This document shows positions 14,363 to 21,951 of a DNA stretch of 24,000 nucleotides, piece after piece. Within the stretch, counting starts at the first letter, position 1. Each line of letters begins with the position of its first letter. The position numbers were made by a program, and so were the translations under genes. Under the pieces are notes generated by a model that saw only the letters and a program-made list of their open reading frames with translations, ran no database searches and was not told the DNA's origin. The DNA comes from an uncultured Acidobacteriota bacterium (GTDB taxonomy: Bacteria; Acidobacteriota; Terriglobia; Acidiferrales; UBA7541): NCBI GenBank assembly GCA_963757145.1, contig CAVWQK010000005.1, positions 1,390,606-1,414,605 of the forward strand. The letters run 5' to 3'.

Positions 14363-15082
14363 ATGCCCAGACTGACCATCGCCATTGACGGCCCCGCCGG
14401 TTCGGGGAAGAGCAGTGTCGCGCGCCGCATCGCCGGCATTCTCGAGTATCTGTATCTCGACAGCGGCGCAATGTACCGAGCGCTCGCGCTAAAGGCGATC
14501 CACCGGTGCGTCGCTTTCGATGATGACGCACAACTCGAATCGCTCGCCGGTGAGACTCATATCGAGTTGAAACCGCCGACTATGGAGCAGGAAAAAGCGG
14601 GCGCGAAAAATCGTGTCTTTCTCGACGGTGCCGAAGTGACCGACGCGATCCGTACCGGCGAAGTTGCGCAGGCCGCATCGCGGCTTGCGACGATTGCCGG
14701 AGTCCGCCACGTGCTCGTCGCCGAGCAGCAGCGCGCCGGCGCGGGCGGCGGCGTCGTGATGGAAGGCCGCGACATCGGCACCGTCGTTTTCCCTGGGGCC
14801 GACTTAAAAATCTTTCTCGACGCCTCGCCCGAAGTTCGCGCCGAACGGCGCTGGAAAGAGCACGAAGAAAAGGGCGATCATCTCACGGTGTTCCAGGTTC
14901 TTGAGGAAGTTCGCGAGCGCGACAAGCGCGATCGCGAGCGCAGAGTCTCGCCGCTCGTGCGCGCGGCTGACGCCGTCATCATCGACAACACCGCAATGGA
15001 CATCGAAGAAACCGCAAGACTGATCGTGATGCTGGCGCGCGAGCGCGAAAGGAATCCGGTCCCGGCACAAAGGAGCGTCTGA
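14363..15082 (+). CDS. cmk: Cytidylate kinase
   Basis: IAIDGPAGSGKSSVARRIA, YLDSGAMYRALALKA, VVMEGRDIGTVVFPGADLKIFLDASPEVRAERRW. Confidence 0.96.
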   Translation: MPRLTIAIDGPAGSGKSSVARRIAGILEYLYLDSGAMYRALALKAIHRCVAFDDDAQLESLAGETHIELKPPTMEQEKAGAKNRVFLDGAEVTDAIRTGEVAQAASRLATIAGVRHVLVAEQQRAGAGGGVVMEGRDIGTVVFPGADLKIFLDASPEVRAERRWKEHEEKGDHLTVFQVLEEVRERDKRDRERRVSPLVRAADAVIIDNTAMDIEETARLIVMLARERERNPVPAQRSV

Positions 15083-16920
15083 TGCGAATGCTGGCGATGG
15101 CGGCGATGAGTCTGGGTGGCGCGCTGCTGGTTATTCCAATGATGATTCTCGGCAACCCGAACGCAAGTGCCGTTCCGAACGCAAACCCCGCCGAGCAATC
15201 CGAAGAGACTCGCAAATTCCGTGCGTATCTCGACGCCGACTGGAAGCGGTGGATGGAGGAGTATCCCGACGTCGCCACGCAAGTCGGCTATCCCGGCCAG
15301 GACGCCCGCTGGACCGACGATTCGCCGGCGGGAATCGAGCGACGCAAAAAGCACCTTGCCGAAAGCATCGGGCAATTGAAACAGATTCATCGCGACGCGC
15401 TGCCCGACGGCGAAAAACTCAACTTCGACCTTTACTCGCAGTTGCTCGAGACGTCCGAAGAGGGATTGAAGTACGGCGACGACCCCCTCCCGTTCCGTTT
15501 TGTCGTACCGCGCAGCCTCTGGATGCCGATGAACCAGATGGAGGGCATTCAACAAGGCGCCGCCGACGCGCTCGAAAGCACGCCGCACCACCGCGTCGCC
15601 GAGTACGAAATCATCCTGGAGCGCATGAAAGCGCTGTCTGCTTCGGTCGATCAACAGATTGATTTGCTGAAAGAAGGATTGAAGCGGGGCTACACGCCGC
15701 CGAAGATCACGATGCGCGACGTGCCGAAGCAAATCGCCGATTTGATTCCGACCGATCCGATGGCGAGCGCGCTGCTGCAGCCGTTCACGGAGTTTCCCAC
15801 TGCGTTTTCTGATGCTGACAAATCGCGACTGACGGATCAAGCCAAGAAAATATACACATCGTCGCTGGCTCCCGCGTTTCAGAGACTGCACGATTACGTC
15901 GCGACGACCTATGTTCCTGCCTGCCGTGACAACATCGCCGCGATTTCGTTGAGCAACGGCGCCGCTGCGTACGCTTTTCACGTGCACTGGCAAACGACAA
16001 CCGACCTGACGCCGGCGCAGATCCACGAAATCGGATTGTCGGAGGTGAAGCGCATCCGGGCCGAGATGGACAAGATTATTGCGTCGGTGAATTTTAAAGG
16101 CGGCTTCCACGACTTCACCGAATTTCTGCGCACCGATCCGCGGTTTTACTACGACAAACCCGAGGATCTGGTCAACGCCTACCGCGTGATTGCGAAAAGA
16201 ATCGATCCCGAACTGGCGCACGAATTCGGCAAGCTGCCGCGGCTTCCCTACGGAGTTTGCGAAATTCCTGCGTTCAAAGCGCCGTCGCAAACGACCGCCT
16301 ATTACCAAGGTGGTTCGCCGGCAGTCGGCCGGCCTGGCTGCTACTTCGTGAACACCTACAATCTCCACGCGCGGCCGAAGTGGGAGATGGAAGCGCTATC
16401 ACTGCACGAAGCTGTGCCAGGGCATCATTTGCAGATTTCGCTCGCGCAGGAGATGGAAGACGTGCCGGAATTCCGGAAGCATGTCGGGTATTCGGCGTTC
16501 GTCGAAGGCTGGGCGCTGTACTCGGAAAGCCTCGGCGAAGAACTCGGATTGCTGAAAGACCCGTATTCGAAATTCGGGCAGCTCACGTATGAGATGTGGC
16601 GCGCGGTGCGGCTCGTCGTCGATACGGGCATGCACTCGATGGGCTGGACGCGCGAGCAAGCGATCCAATTTTTCAAAGACAACACCGGGAAGACCGACCA
16701 GGACATTACCGTCGAAGTCGACCGCTATATCGTGTGGCCGGGGCAGGCACTCGCGTACAAACTCGGGCAACTGAAAATTCGGCAGCTGCGGACCGAAGTG
16801 GAGAAGAAGCAGGGCAGCGCCTTCAGCGTCGGGAAATTTCACGATGCGGTACTCGAGTCGGGCTCGATTCCGCTCGATGTCCTCGACAGTCACATCCACG
16901 CCTGGCTCGCGAAGCCGTAA
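15082..16920 (+). CDS. DUF885 family protein (putative secreted metallopeptidase-like)
   Basis: N-terminal hydrophobic segment; EMEALSLHEAVPGHHLQISLAQE, YSAFVEGWALYSESLGEELG, YIVWPGQALAYKLGQLKI. Confidence 0.9.
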   Translation: MRMLAMAAMSLGGALLVIPMMILGNPNASAVPNANPAEQSEETRKFRAYLDADWKRWMEEYPDVATQVGYPGQDARWTDDSPAGIERRKKHLAESIGQLKQIHRDALPDGEKLNFDLYSQLLETSEEGLKYGDDPLPFRFVVPRSLWMPMNQMEGIQQGAADALESTPHHRVAEYEIILERMKALSASVDQQIDLLKEGLKRGYTPPKITMRDVPKQIADLIPTDPMASALLQPFTEFPTAFSDADKSRLTDQAKKIYTSSLAPAFQRLHDYVATTYVPACRDNIAAISLSNGAAAYAFHVHWQTTTDLTPAQIHEIGLSEVKRIRAEMDKIIASVNFKGGFHDFTEFLRTDPRFYYDKPEDLVNAYRVIAKRIDPELAHEFGKLPRLPYGVCEIPAFKAPSQTTAYYQGGSPAVGRPGCYFVNTYNLHARPKWEMEALSLHEAVPGHHLQISLAQEMEDVPEFRKHVGYSAFVEGWALYSESLGEELGLLKDPYSKFGQLTYEMWRAVRLVVDTGMHSMGWTREQAIQFFKDNTGKTDQDITVEVDRYIVWPGQALAYKLGQLKIRQLRTEVEKKQGSAFSVGKFHDAVLESGSIPLDVLDSHIHAWLAKP

Positions 16921-17013
16921 GCGGCATACCCCTGTTCCTCTTCGAAAAAGAAAGCCCCATGTTCACACACCGAATCTGGAGTACTCGACTCCCTGCTTGA
17001 TACGCGTCAAGCG

Positions 17014-18396
17014 CTACTGGGCGTCTTGGCGGTTGGTGATGGTCACGCGGAACGGGGGGCGCGTGCGTTCGGCGGGGTCCTGGTCAAAGGTTTGGGAGGT
17101 TTTGACGGGGTCGTAGTCGCGCCAGAGCCAGGTCATTTCGGCGGGGAATTCGGCGGCGCCGTGGGCTGAGTTGTGGGTGCCGCGTCCGAAGCTGAGACGG
17201 AAATCGTAGCCGGTGGCCTTGAGCGCGTTAGCCATGCGCAAATTCGCCAGCGGCCAGTTACCGTAGCGGAGATCGAGATCCTCGGAGCCGTCCTGGAGCC
17301 AGACGCGGATGTTGCGCTTCGGCTCGCGCAAAACTTTGTCGGGATAATCCTGGCCCCCATCGGGATTCGCGGGATCTTCCTTCCACTGGATGCTCGAGAA
17401 GCTGCCAATCCAGGAAATCACGCGGCTGAATTGATCGGGCTGCTGCCACGCGGCATTAAACGAGCAGATGCCCCCGGAGGAAAGCCCGGTGATCGAACGG
17501 CTGTAAGCGTCCTTGCGGATGTTGTACTTGCTTGCGACGTCGGCGAGGACTTCGTCGCGCAGGAAGCGCGGGTAACGGTCGCTGACGGTGTCGTAGAGCG
17601 TGCTACGCATCGAGTCTTTGAGCGTGCGCTGCCACTTCTTGCCGTAGGCCTCGACGAAATTGTAGGTGGGCGTGCCGGACGAGTCGGAGATGTCGCCGGG
17701 ATTGATGAAGACCACGATCATGACCGGGATCTTTTTCTGCGCGATCAGGTTGTCAATCACGTTGAGCGTGCGGTTTTTGCCGTTGCGATCGAGATAGCCC
17801 TCACCGTCCTGTACGACCAGAAGCGCCGCGGGAGTTTTTGCATCGTATTGCGCGGGGACATAGATCCAGTATTCGCTTTTCATCCCGTCGTAAATTTTGC
17901 TGATGTGAACGATTTTGTCGGAGAGTTTGCCAGCGGGGACGTCGGGATGCTGGTAGGAATCGGGCGTATAGACGGGAACATCGTAGCTGCCGCCGAATCG
18001 GTCATGGCCGACCAAGTAGTGAAAGGTATGCGAAGTGCCCAGACGTTCGATGCGCGCGGGTGCGTACCAGAGATCGGTGGATGGAATCTGCTTCATCTCA
18101 GGGCCGGGTGCATCGTCGATGAAAAGCGAAGGTTTAGATGGCGACTGCGTGACGAAGAAAAATTCGGGACCCTGGCCGATGAAGGCGCGGCCGGCAAGGA
18201 GATCTTTTGGATCAAAGGTAGAGATGATGGCTTCGCGGAGCTGAGGGCTATTGGATTTGGCTAGTTCGATGAGTTGCGGGGCGGTGGATTTTTCGGGAGG
18301 TGGCGCGGCCACTACCAGCGCGGCGGGCAGTAAGAGGGCCAGCGCAAATTGCGCGGCCGTGACTACGAAACTCCAATTGGTGTTGGCGTTTGGCAT
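17014..18396 (-). CDS. Enterochelin esterase-like (alpha/beta hydrolase, esterase D family) secreted protein
   Basis: From the internal start MPNANTNWSFVVTAAQFALALLLPAALVVAA (signal peptide); SEYWIYVPAQYD, LLVVQDGEGYL, RSITGLSSGGICSFNAAWQQPDQFSRVISWIGSF. The listed ORF start (18561) adds an implausible N-terminus. Confidence 0.82.
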   Translation of the reverse strand: MPNANTNWSFVVTAAQFALALLLPAALVVAAPPPEKSTAPQLIELAKSNSPQLREAIISTFDPKDLLAGRAFIGQGPEFFFVTQSPSKPSLFIDDAPGPEMKQIPSTDLWYAPARIERLGTSHTFHYLVGHDRFGGSYDVPVYTPDSYQHPDVPAGKLSDKIVHISKIYDGMKSEYWIYVPAQYDAKTPAALLVVQDGEGYLDRNGKNRTLNVIDNLIAQKKIPVMIVVFINPGDISDSSGTPTYNFVEAYGKKWQRTLKDSMRSTLYDTVSDRYPRFLRDEVLADVASKYNIRKDAYSRSITGLSSGGICSFNAAWQQPDQFSRVISWIGSFSSIQWKEDPANPDGGQDYPDKVLREPKRNIRVWLQDGSEDLDLRYGNWPLANLRMANALKATGYDFRLSFGRGTHNSAHGAAEFPAEMTWLWRDYDPVKTSQTFDQDPAERTRPPFRVTITNRQDAQ

Positions 18397-18578
18397 TGCG
18401 GTTTCCCTGAACCTCGATTTCGCAAATTTGACGCGCCATGATAGCTCGAAAGGGATGCTGAATGGCAGGGCTCGCAGCGACCTCGCGGGGCGGGCCAGAG
18501 CGCACGGGAAGGCCACGGGGACTTCGCCCTGCGCTACAGGGTGGTGTGGTAGCTCGCGCATCGCGGAGGATTTCGGGG

Positions 18579-19112
18579 ATGAGCACGGCTCGGCTTGAGG
18601 CCTTCAGCGACGGGGTGATCGCGATCATCATCACCATCATGGTGCTGGAGCTGAAAGCTCCTGAAGGGCACACGTTCGCGGCGCTGGCGCAGATGACGGG
18701 AATTTTCCTGAGTTATGTTCTTAGCTTTGTTTATGTCGGGATTTACTGGAACAATCATCATCACATGCTGCATGCGTGTGAGACGGCGACAGGTGGGATT
18801 TTATGGGCGAACCTGCACTTGCTGTTCTGGCTGTCGCTGATTCCGTTTGCTACCGCTTGGCTGGGGCAGAATCATTTTACCTCGGCGCCAGCGGCGCTTT
18901 ATGGGATGGTGCTGCTGCCGCCGGCAATTGCGTGGGTGATTTTGCAGCAGCAGATGATCCGGTCGCAGAAGGGCGAGTCGCTGTTGAAAAAGGCGGTGGG
19001 GGAAGATTGGAAGGGAAAGTTGTCGGTAACGATGTATGTATTAGGGATCCTCGCGGCGTTTCGCGCACCGCGCATCTCAGTGATGCTATATACAGTCACG
19101 GGGATAATCTAG
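18579..19112 (+). CDS. TMEM175/DUF1211 family membrane protein, possibly prematurely stopped
   Basis: STARLEAFSDGVIAIIITIMVLELKAP, FVYVGIYWNNHHHMLH, WANLHLLFWLSLIPFATAWLG. The frame continues after a TAG with FVPDKRIERVVTEER* (to 19160). Confidence 0.88.
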   Translation: MSTARLEAFSDGVIAIIITIMVLELKAPEGHTFAALAQMTGIFLSYVLSFVYVGIYWNNHHHMLHACETATGGILWANLHLLFWLSLIPFATAWLGQNHFTSAPAALYGMVLLPPAIAWVILQQQMIRSQKGESLLKKAVGEDWKGKLSVTMYVLGILAAFRAPRISVMLYTVTGII

Positions 19113-19428
19113 TTTGTGCCGGACAAGAGGATCGAGCGGGTTGTCACAGAGGAGAGGTAGGTGGGCGGTTTTGCCGTCGAGGAAACTTCAGGGGATAAAG
19201 CCCATCGTTCGTGGCTACAATTAATGTCGCGGTTGAAACCACGACCCACGAAGCTTCAGGCAGTGACGCGGTTAGATCGCGACCAACTAGGATTGGCGAT
19301 TTCAGAGTCAAAGGGCGTAACAGGCTGGCGGCCGTCGACGGTTTTCCGCCGAGGCGAATGCTAAGTACTGTCGAATTAACAAGTAGCGCGAAAAAGCCGT
19401 ACAAAATGCATGTTTTTTGAAATTGTGC

Positions 19429-19469
19429 TTGACAGAAACGGAAACTGCCTTTACTTTGAGGTTACCTCA
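19429..19469 (+). promoter_or_regulatory. Candidate promoter and palindromic operator upstream of the ncRNA cluster
   Basis: Perfect -35 TTGACA (19429-19434), 17-nt spacer, weak -10 TACTTT (19452-19457), immediately followed/overlapped by palindrome TGAGG-TTA-CCTCA (19457-19469). Confidence 0.4.
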
Positions 19470-19659
19470 GATGTATGCCTGCCTGACGGCAGGTCCTCAC
19501 TGAGCGAGAATAGCAAACGATGAGACATAAACAACTTAGCCTGACCGGACGCATGACATGGCGACAGGGTTTCGTCGATTGCTTTATCCCGCGATCGTAA
19601 ATCCTTCGACTTGAAGTGCAATCCGAAATAAAGCGTTACGGGGACAAGTATTTACATTT

Positions 19660-19757
19660 GTTTCCGGGATGGTGAAGTTCACAGCTACTTCTGGCAAAGC
19701 CGCAAGGCTCGGGTTCGACTCCCCGTTCTACTGTGAACGATTATTCCTCCCGGAGAA
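19660..19757 (+). ncRNA. Y-RNA-like ncRNA 1 (element A), with T-arm-like insert
   Basis: Outer stem TTTCCGGGA / TCCCGGAGA (19661-19669 / 19748-19756), inner 8-bp perfect stem GTTCACAG / CTGTGAAC (19677-19684 / 19731-19738). Internal hairpins AGCC-GCAA-GGCT (19698-19709) and GGG-TTCGACT-CCC (19711-19723). Arms align gap-free to elements at 19880 and 20061. Confidence 0.83.
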
Positions 19758-19875
19758 GGTTTTCGGCCGCGATCGATTGATTTGATGTTGTTGTGGGGCG
19801 CAAGTTGATCCCGCTCTCAGCAAGCGGTCGTGGTGTGTCCGCTGGAGGTGTGTTGGGAGAGAGGAAAGCTTTTGA

Positions 19876-20012
19876 TTTTGCGGCGTGGTGAAGGCGCGAG
19901 ATACATCGGCCCCATTTGTCGCGGGTTCGATTCCTGCCGGTGGCGAAAGCTGCCGTAGCTCAGTGGCAGAGCGATGGGGAAAAACTCGTACCGATTATTC
20001 CCGCCGCAATTG
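19876..20012 (+). ncRNA. YrlA-type Y RNA (element C) with circularly permuted tRNA-like module
   Basis: Outer stem TTGCGGCG / CGCCGCAA (19878-19885 / 20002-20009); inner stem GGCGCGAG / CTCGTACC (19893-19900 / 19985-19992). tRNA-like module: CCCCATT/GATGGGG (19910-19916/19973-19979), T arm GCGGG-TTCGATT-CCTGC (19921-19937), acceptor CGGTGGC-GAAA-GCTGCCG (19938-19955), D arm GCTC-AGTGGCA-GAGC (19958-19972). Confidence 0.9.
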
Positions 20013-20056
20013 TGACGAACGCGGCGCAGGCGAATGTATGCAGGTTTGTGTTGCGG

Positions 20057-20146
20057 AAAACCGGGATGGTGGAGCGTGGAGATACTTCTCGACACGAAGC
20101 GGGGAGCGAAACCCCACAACTCCGCTCGTTTGTTCCTCCCGGTTGA
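20057..20146 (+). ncRNA. Y-RNA-like ncRNA 3 (element B), two-hairpin insert
   Basis: Outer stem AACCGGGA / TCCCGGTT (20059-20066 / 20137-20144); inner stem around GTGGAG / CTCCGC (20076-20081 / 20120-20125, one G-T); internal hairpins CTTC-TCGACAC-GAAG (20085-20099) and GGGG-AGCGAAA-CCCC (20101-20115). Confidence 0.8.
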
Positions 20147-20152
20147 TTCTGG

Positions 20153-20191
20153 CCGGCGCGAATCGCGAATCTAGCGAGCGATTCGCGCCGG
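20153..20191. repeat. Strong 13-bp inverted repeat hairpin
   Basis: CCGGCGCGAATCG (20153-20165) / CGATTCGCGCCGG (20179-20191), 13-nt loop, no following T tract. Confidence 0.85.
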
Positions 20192-20266
20192 AGCTGGGGA
20201 TGTCCGATGTTGAAATGAAAACGTGAGAACGGATTTACGACACGAGACAGAAAGGAGGACGCGCAA

Positions 20267-20527
20267 ATGGAAGAATGGAGCTCATTGCAGGGCCCGGTGT
20301 TGATGGTGAACGGCAAGTTGACGCTGATGATCCCGCTGGAAGACGGAGGGGCCGAGTTGATGGATTGTTCGCGCGGCATCTCCGAAGTGGAAGGGCCGTG
20401 CCTCAAGATCGCCATTCCGGATTGGCTTGCCGGGATGCTGCGGATCGATGAGGGCGACATCGTCTGCGTCAGCAATTGGGATGGGAGGCTGCACATTCAG
20501 CCGAGTCAGGCGCGCGTGGTGCAGTGA
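20267..20527 (+). CDS. Uncharacterised 86-aa protein, weakly AbrB/SpoVT-like, probable operon partner of the TROVE gene
   Basis: GGAGG upstream of ATG; ORF ends ~45 bp before the TROVE ATG; ...LTLMIPLEDGGAELMDCSRGISEVEGPCLKIAIPDWLAGMLRIDEGDIVCVSNWDGRLHI. Confidence 0.72.
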   Translation: MEEWSSLQGPVLMVNGKLTLMIPLEDGGAELMDCSRGISEVEGPCLKIAIPDWLAGMLRIDEGDIVCVSNWDGRLHIQPSQARVVQ

Positions 20528-20572
20528 GAGCTGAAGGAGTAGTGGATTTTGTGGGAAAGGAGGAAGGGTGAG

Positions 20573-21913
20573 ATGGCGAAGATGAACGTTTGGAAGCGGA
20601 TGTTTCCTGGAGCGGTTGCGCGGACGCACGAAGCAGCGGTGGCGCAGCGGGCCGATGCGAAAACCGAACTTCGGCGCAGCGTGTTGACCTGCTTGCTGTG
20701 GGAAGACACGTTTTACGAAAAGGGGAGCGCGATTGCGAAGCGTATCGCGGAGCTTGTGGCAAAGACGGAGCCCGCGGACGTTGCGGCTCTCGCTTGCGAG
20801 GCACGCGATGCGATGCAGCTCCGTCATGCGCCGCTCTTCCTCGTGCGCGAACTCGCGCGCCGCAAGGGCGCAGGTCCGCTCGTGGCGGATGCGCTCGAGC
20901 GGGTGATCCAGAGGGCCGATGAACTCGGTGAGTTCGTTGCGCTCTACTGGAAAGAGCGGAAGCAGCCGCTTTCGGCGGGTTCGAAGCGCGGGCTGGCGCG
21001 GGCGTTCACGAAGTTCGACGCCTACCAGCTGGCGAAGTACGACCGCGAAGCGGTGGTCAAACTCCGCGACGTGCTGTTCCTGTGCCACGCGAAACCGAAG
21101 AATGCTGAGCAGGCGGCCGTTTGGAAGAATCTCGTCGAGAACACGCTCGACTCTCCCGATACCTGGGAGGTTGCATTGTCCGCAGGGAAGGACAAGCGCG
21201 AGAATTTCGAACGGTTGCTGCGCGAAGGCAAGCTGGGCGGCATGGCTGTCCTGCGAAACCTGCGGTTGATGCTGGCAGCGGGCGTCGAGCCGTCGCTCAT
21301 TCGCGAGCGTCTCGAAAAAGGCGTGGCGCGGGCGTTGCCGTTTCGATTCGTGACGGCAGCCCGGCACGCGCCGAAGCTGGAGGAATCGCTCGAGAAAGCG
21401 ATGCTTCGCGGCATCTCCGGATTGGGAGAGCTTGCGGGATCGACCGGGCTGGTTGTGGACGTGTCCGGCTCGATGGACGCAGCACTCTCGAACGGGAGCG
21501 AGACTACGCGCATCGATGCGGCGTCGGGTTTGGCGATTTTGCTTCGCGAAAAGGCCGAGGAGTTTTGTATTGCGACCTTTTCCGACGCATGCGTTGAACT
21601 GCCGCCCCGCCGCGGGTTCGCTTTGCGAGACGCGATCTCGGGTTCGCAGGCGCACTCGGGGACCTACCTCCAGCGCGCGCTGGAACAGCTGCGAGAAAAG
21701 CGCGAATGGCGCGACCTCTCGCGGCTCATCGTGATCACCGACGAACAGTCGCACGACGGAATTTTGCCGGCGTGGACCGAACGGGCGTACGTCGTGAACG
21801 TGGCACCGTACAAGTACGGGATCAGCTACGGGAACCGGTGGACGCACGTGGACGGTTGGTCGGAGCGGGTTGTGGACTACATCGCGGCGGTGGAGGAAGA
21901 AGCTGCGGCGTAA
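20573..21913 (+). CDS. rsr: TROVE-domain Ro60/Rsr-like RNA-binding protein with vWA domain
   Basis: TROVE hallmarks AMQLRHAPLFLVRELAR, KQPLSAGSKRGLARAFTKFDAYQLAKYDR, VKLRDVLFLCHAKPK; vWA MIDAS DVSGSMDA, SGTYLQRAL, VITDEQSHDG. Preferred ATG (MAKMNVWKRMF) follows a GGAGG-type RBS; the listed start 20549 is probably too early. Confidence 0.93.
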   Translation: MAKMNVWKRMFPGAVARTHEAAVAQRADAKTELRRSVLTCLLWEDTFYEKGSAIAKRIAELVAKTEPADVAALACEARDAMQLRHAPLFLVRELARRKGAGPLVADALERVIQRADELGEFVALYWKERKQPLSAGSKRGLARAFTKFDAYQLAKYDREAVVKLRDVLFLCHAKPKNAEQAAVWKNLVENTLDSPDTWEVALSAGKDKRENFERLLREGKLGGMAVLRNLRLMLAAGVEPSLIRERLEKGVARALPFRFVTAARHAPKLEESLEKAMLRGISGLGELAGSTGLVVDVSGSMDAALSNGSETTRIDAASGLAILLREKAEEFCIATFSDACVELPPRRGFALRDAISGSQAHSGTYLQRALEQLREKREWRDLSRLIVITDEQSHDGILPAWTERAYVVNVAPYKYGISYGNRWTHVDGWSERVVDYIAAVEEEAAA

Positions 21914-21951
21914 TTTTTGTTTGCAATGTCCGTAGAAGAAAAATAATTGGC

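Noticed and set aside
14878-16368. Long antisense ORFs (14878..16368 -, 2362..4560 -, 20282..22021 -)
   Set aside because: They are exact antisense shadows of well-supported cmk/DUF885, secA and TROVE genes in GC-rich DNA, with low-complexity translations.
19711-19738. 3' half of a canonical tRNA at GGGTTCGACTCCC
   Set aside because: No D or anticodon arm precedes it, and flanking GTTCACAG/CTGTGAAC pair as a Y-RNA-like stem. Treated as the insert of element A.
19811-19870. Possible extra Y RNA in the spacer (CCGCT-CTCAGCA-AGCGG hairpin and GCGGTCGTGGTG resembling the 5' arm)
   Set aside because: No matching 3' arm (ATTATTCC plus complementary outer strand) follows before element C begins; at most a decayed fragment.
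19949-19979. Conventional tRNA gene starting with GCTGCCGTAGCTCAGTGGCAGAGC
   Set aside because: The 5' half looks perfect, but downstream there is no anticodon arm, T arm or acceptor 3' strand. These lie upstream in permuted order and the acceptor is closed by GAAA, fitting a YrlA-type mimic rather than a translational tRNA.
19885-20226. ORFs across the ncRNA cluster (19885..20226 +, 19916..20146 +, 19960..20496 -, 19817..20119 -)
   Set aside because: They run through the structured elements, lack RBS support and family signatures, and read like the usual spurious translations over tRNA-like sequence (e.g. SRVRFLPVAKAAVAQWQS).
19441-20260. CRISPR array
   Set aside because: The three similar elements are ~90-137 nt with unequal spacing and internal pairing; there are no short identical direct repeats or cas genes.
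20573-21913. Defence or toxin vWA protein
   Set aside because: The N-terminal two-thirds carries clear TROVE signatures, so the Ro60/Rsr assignment explains the vWA domain better.
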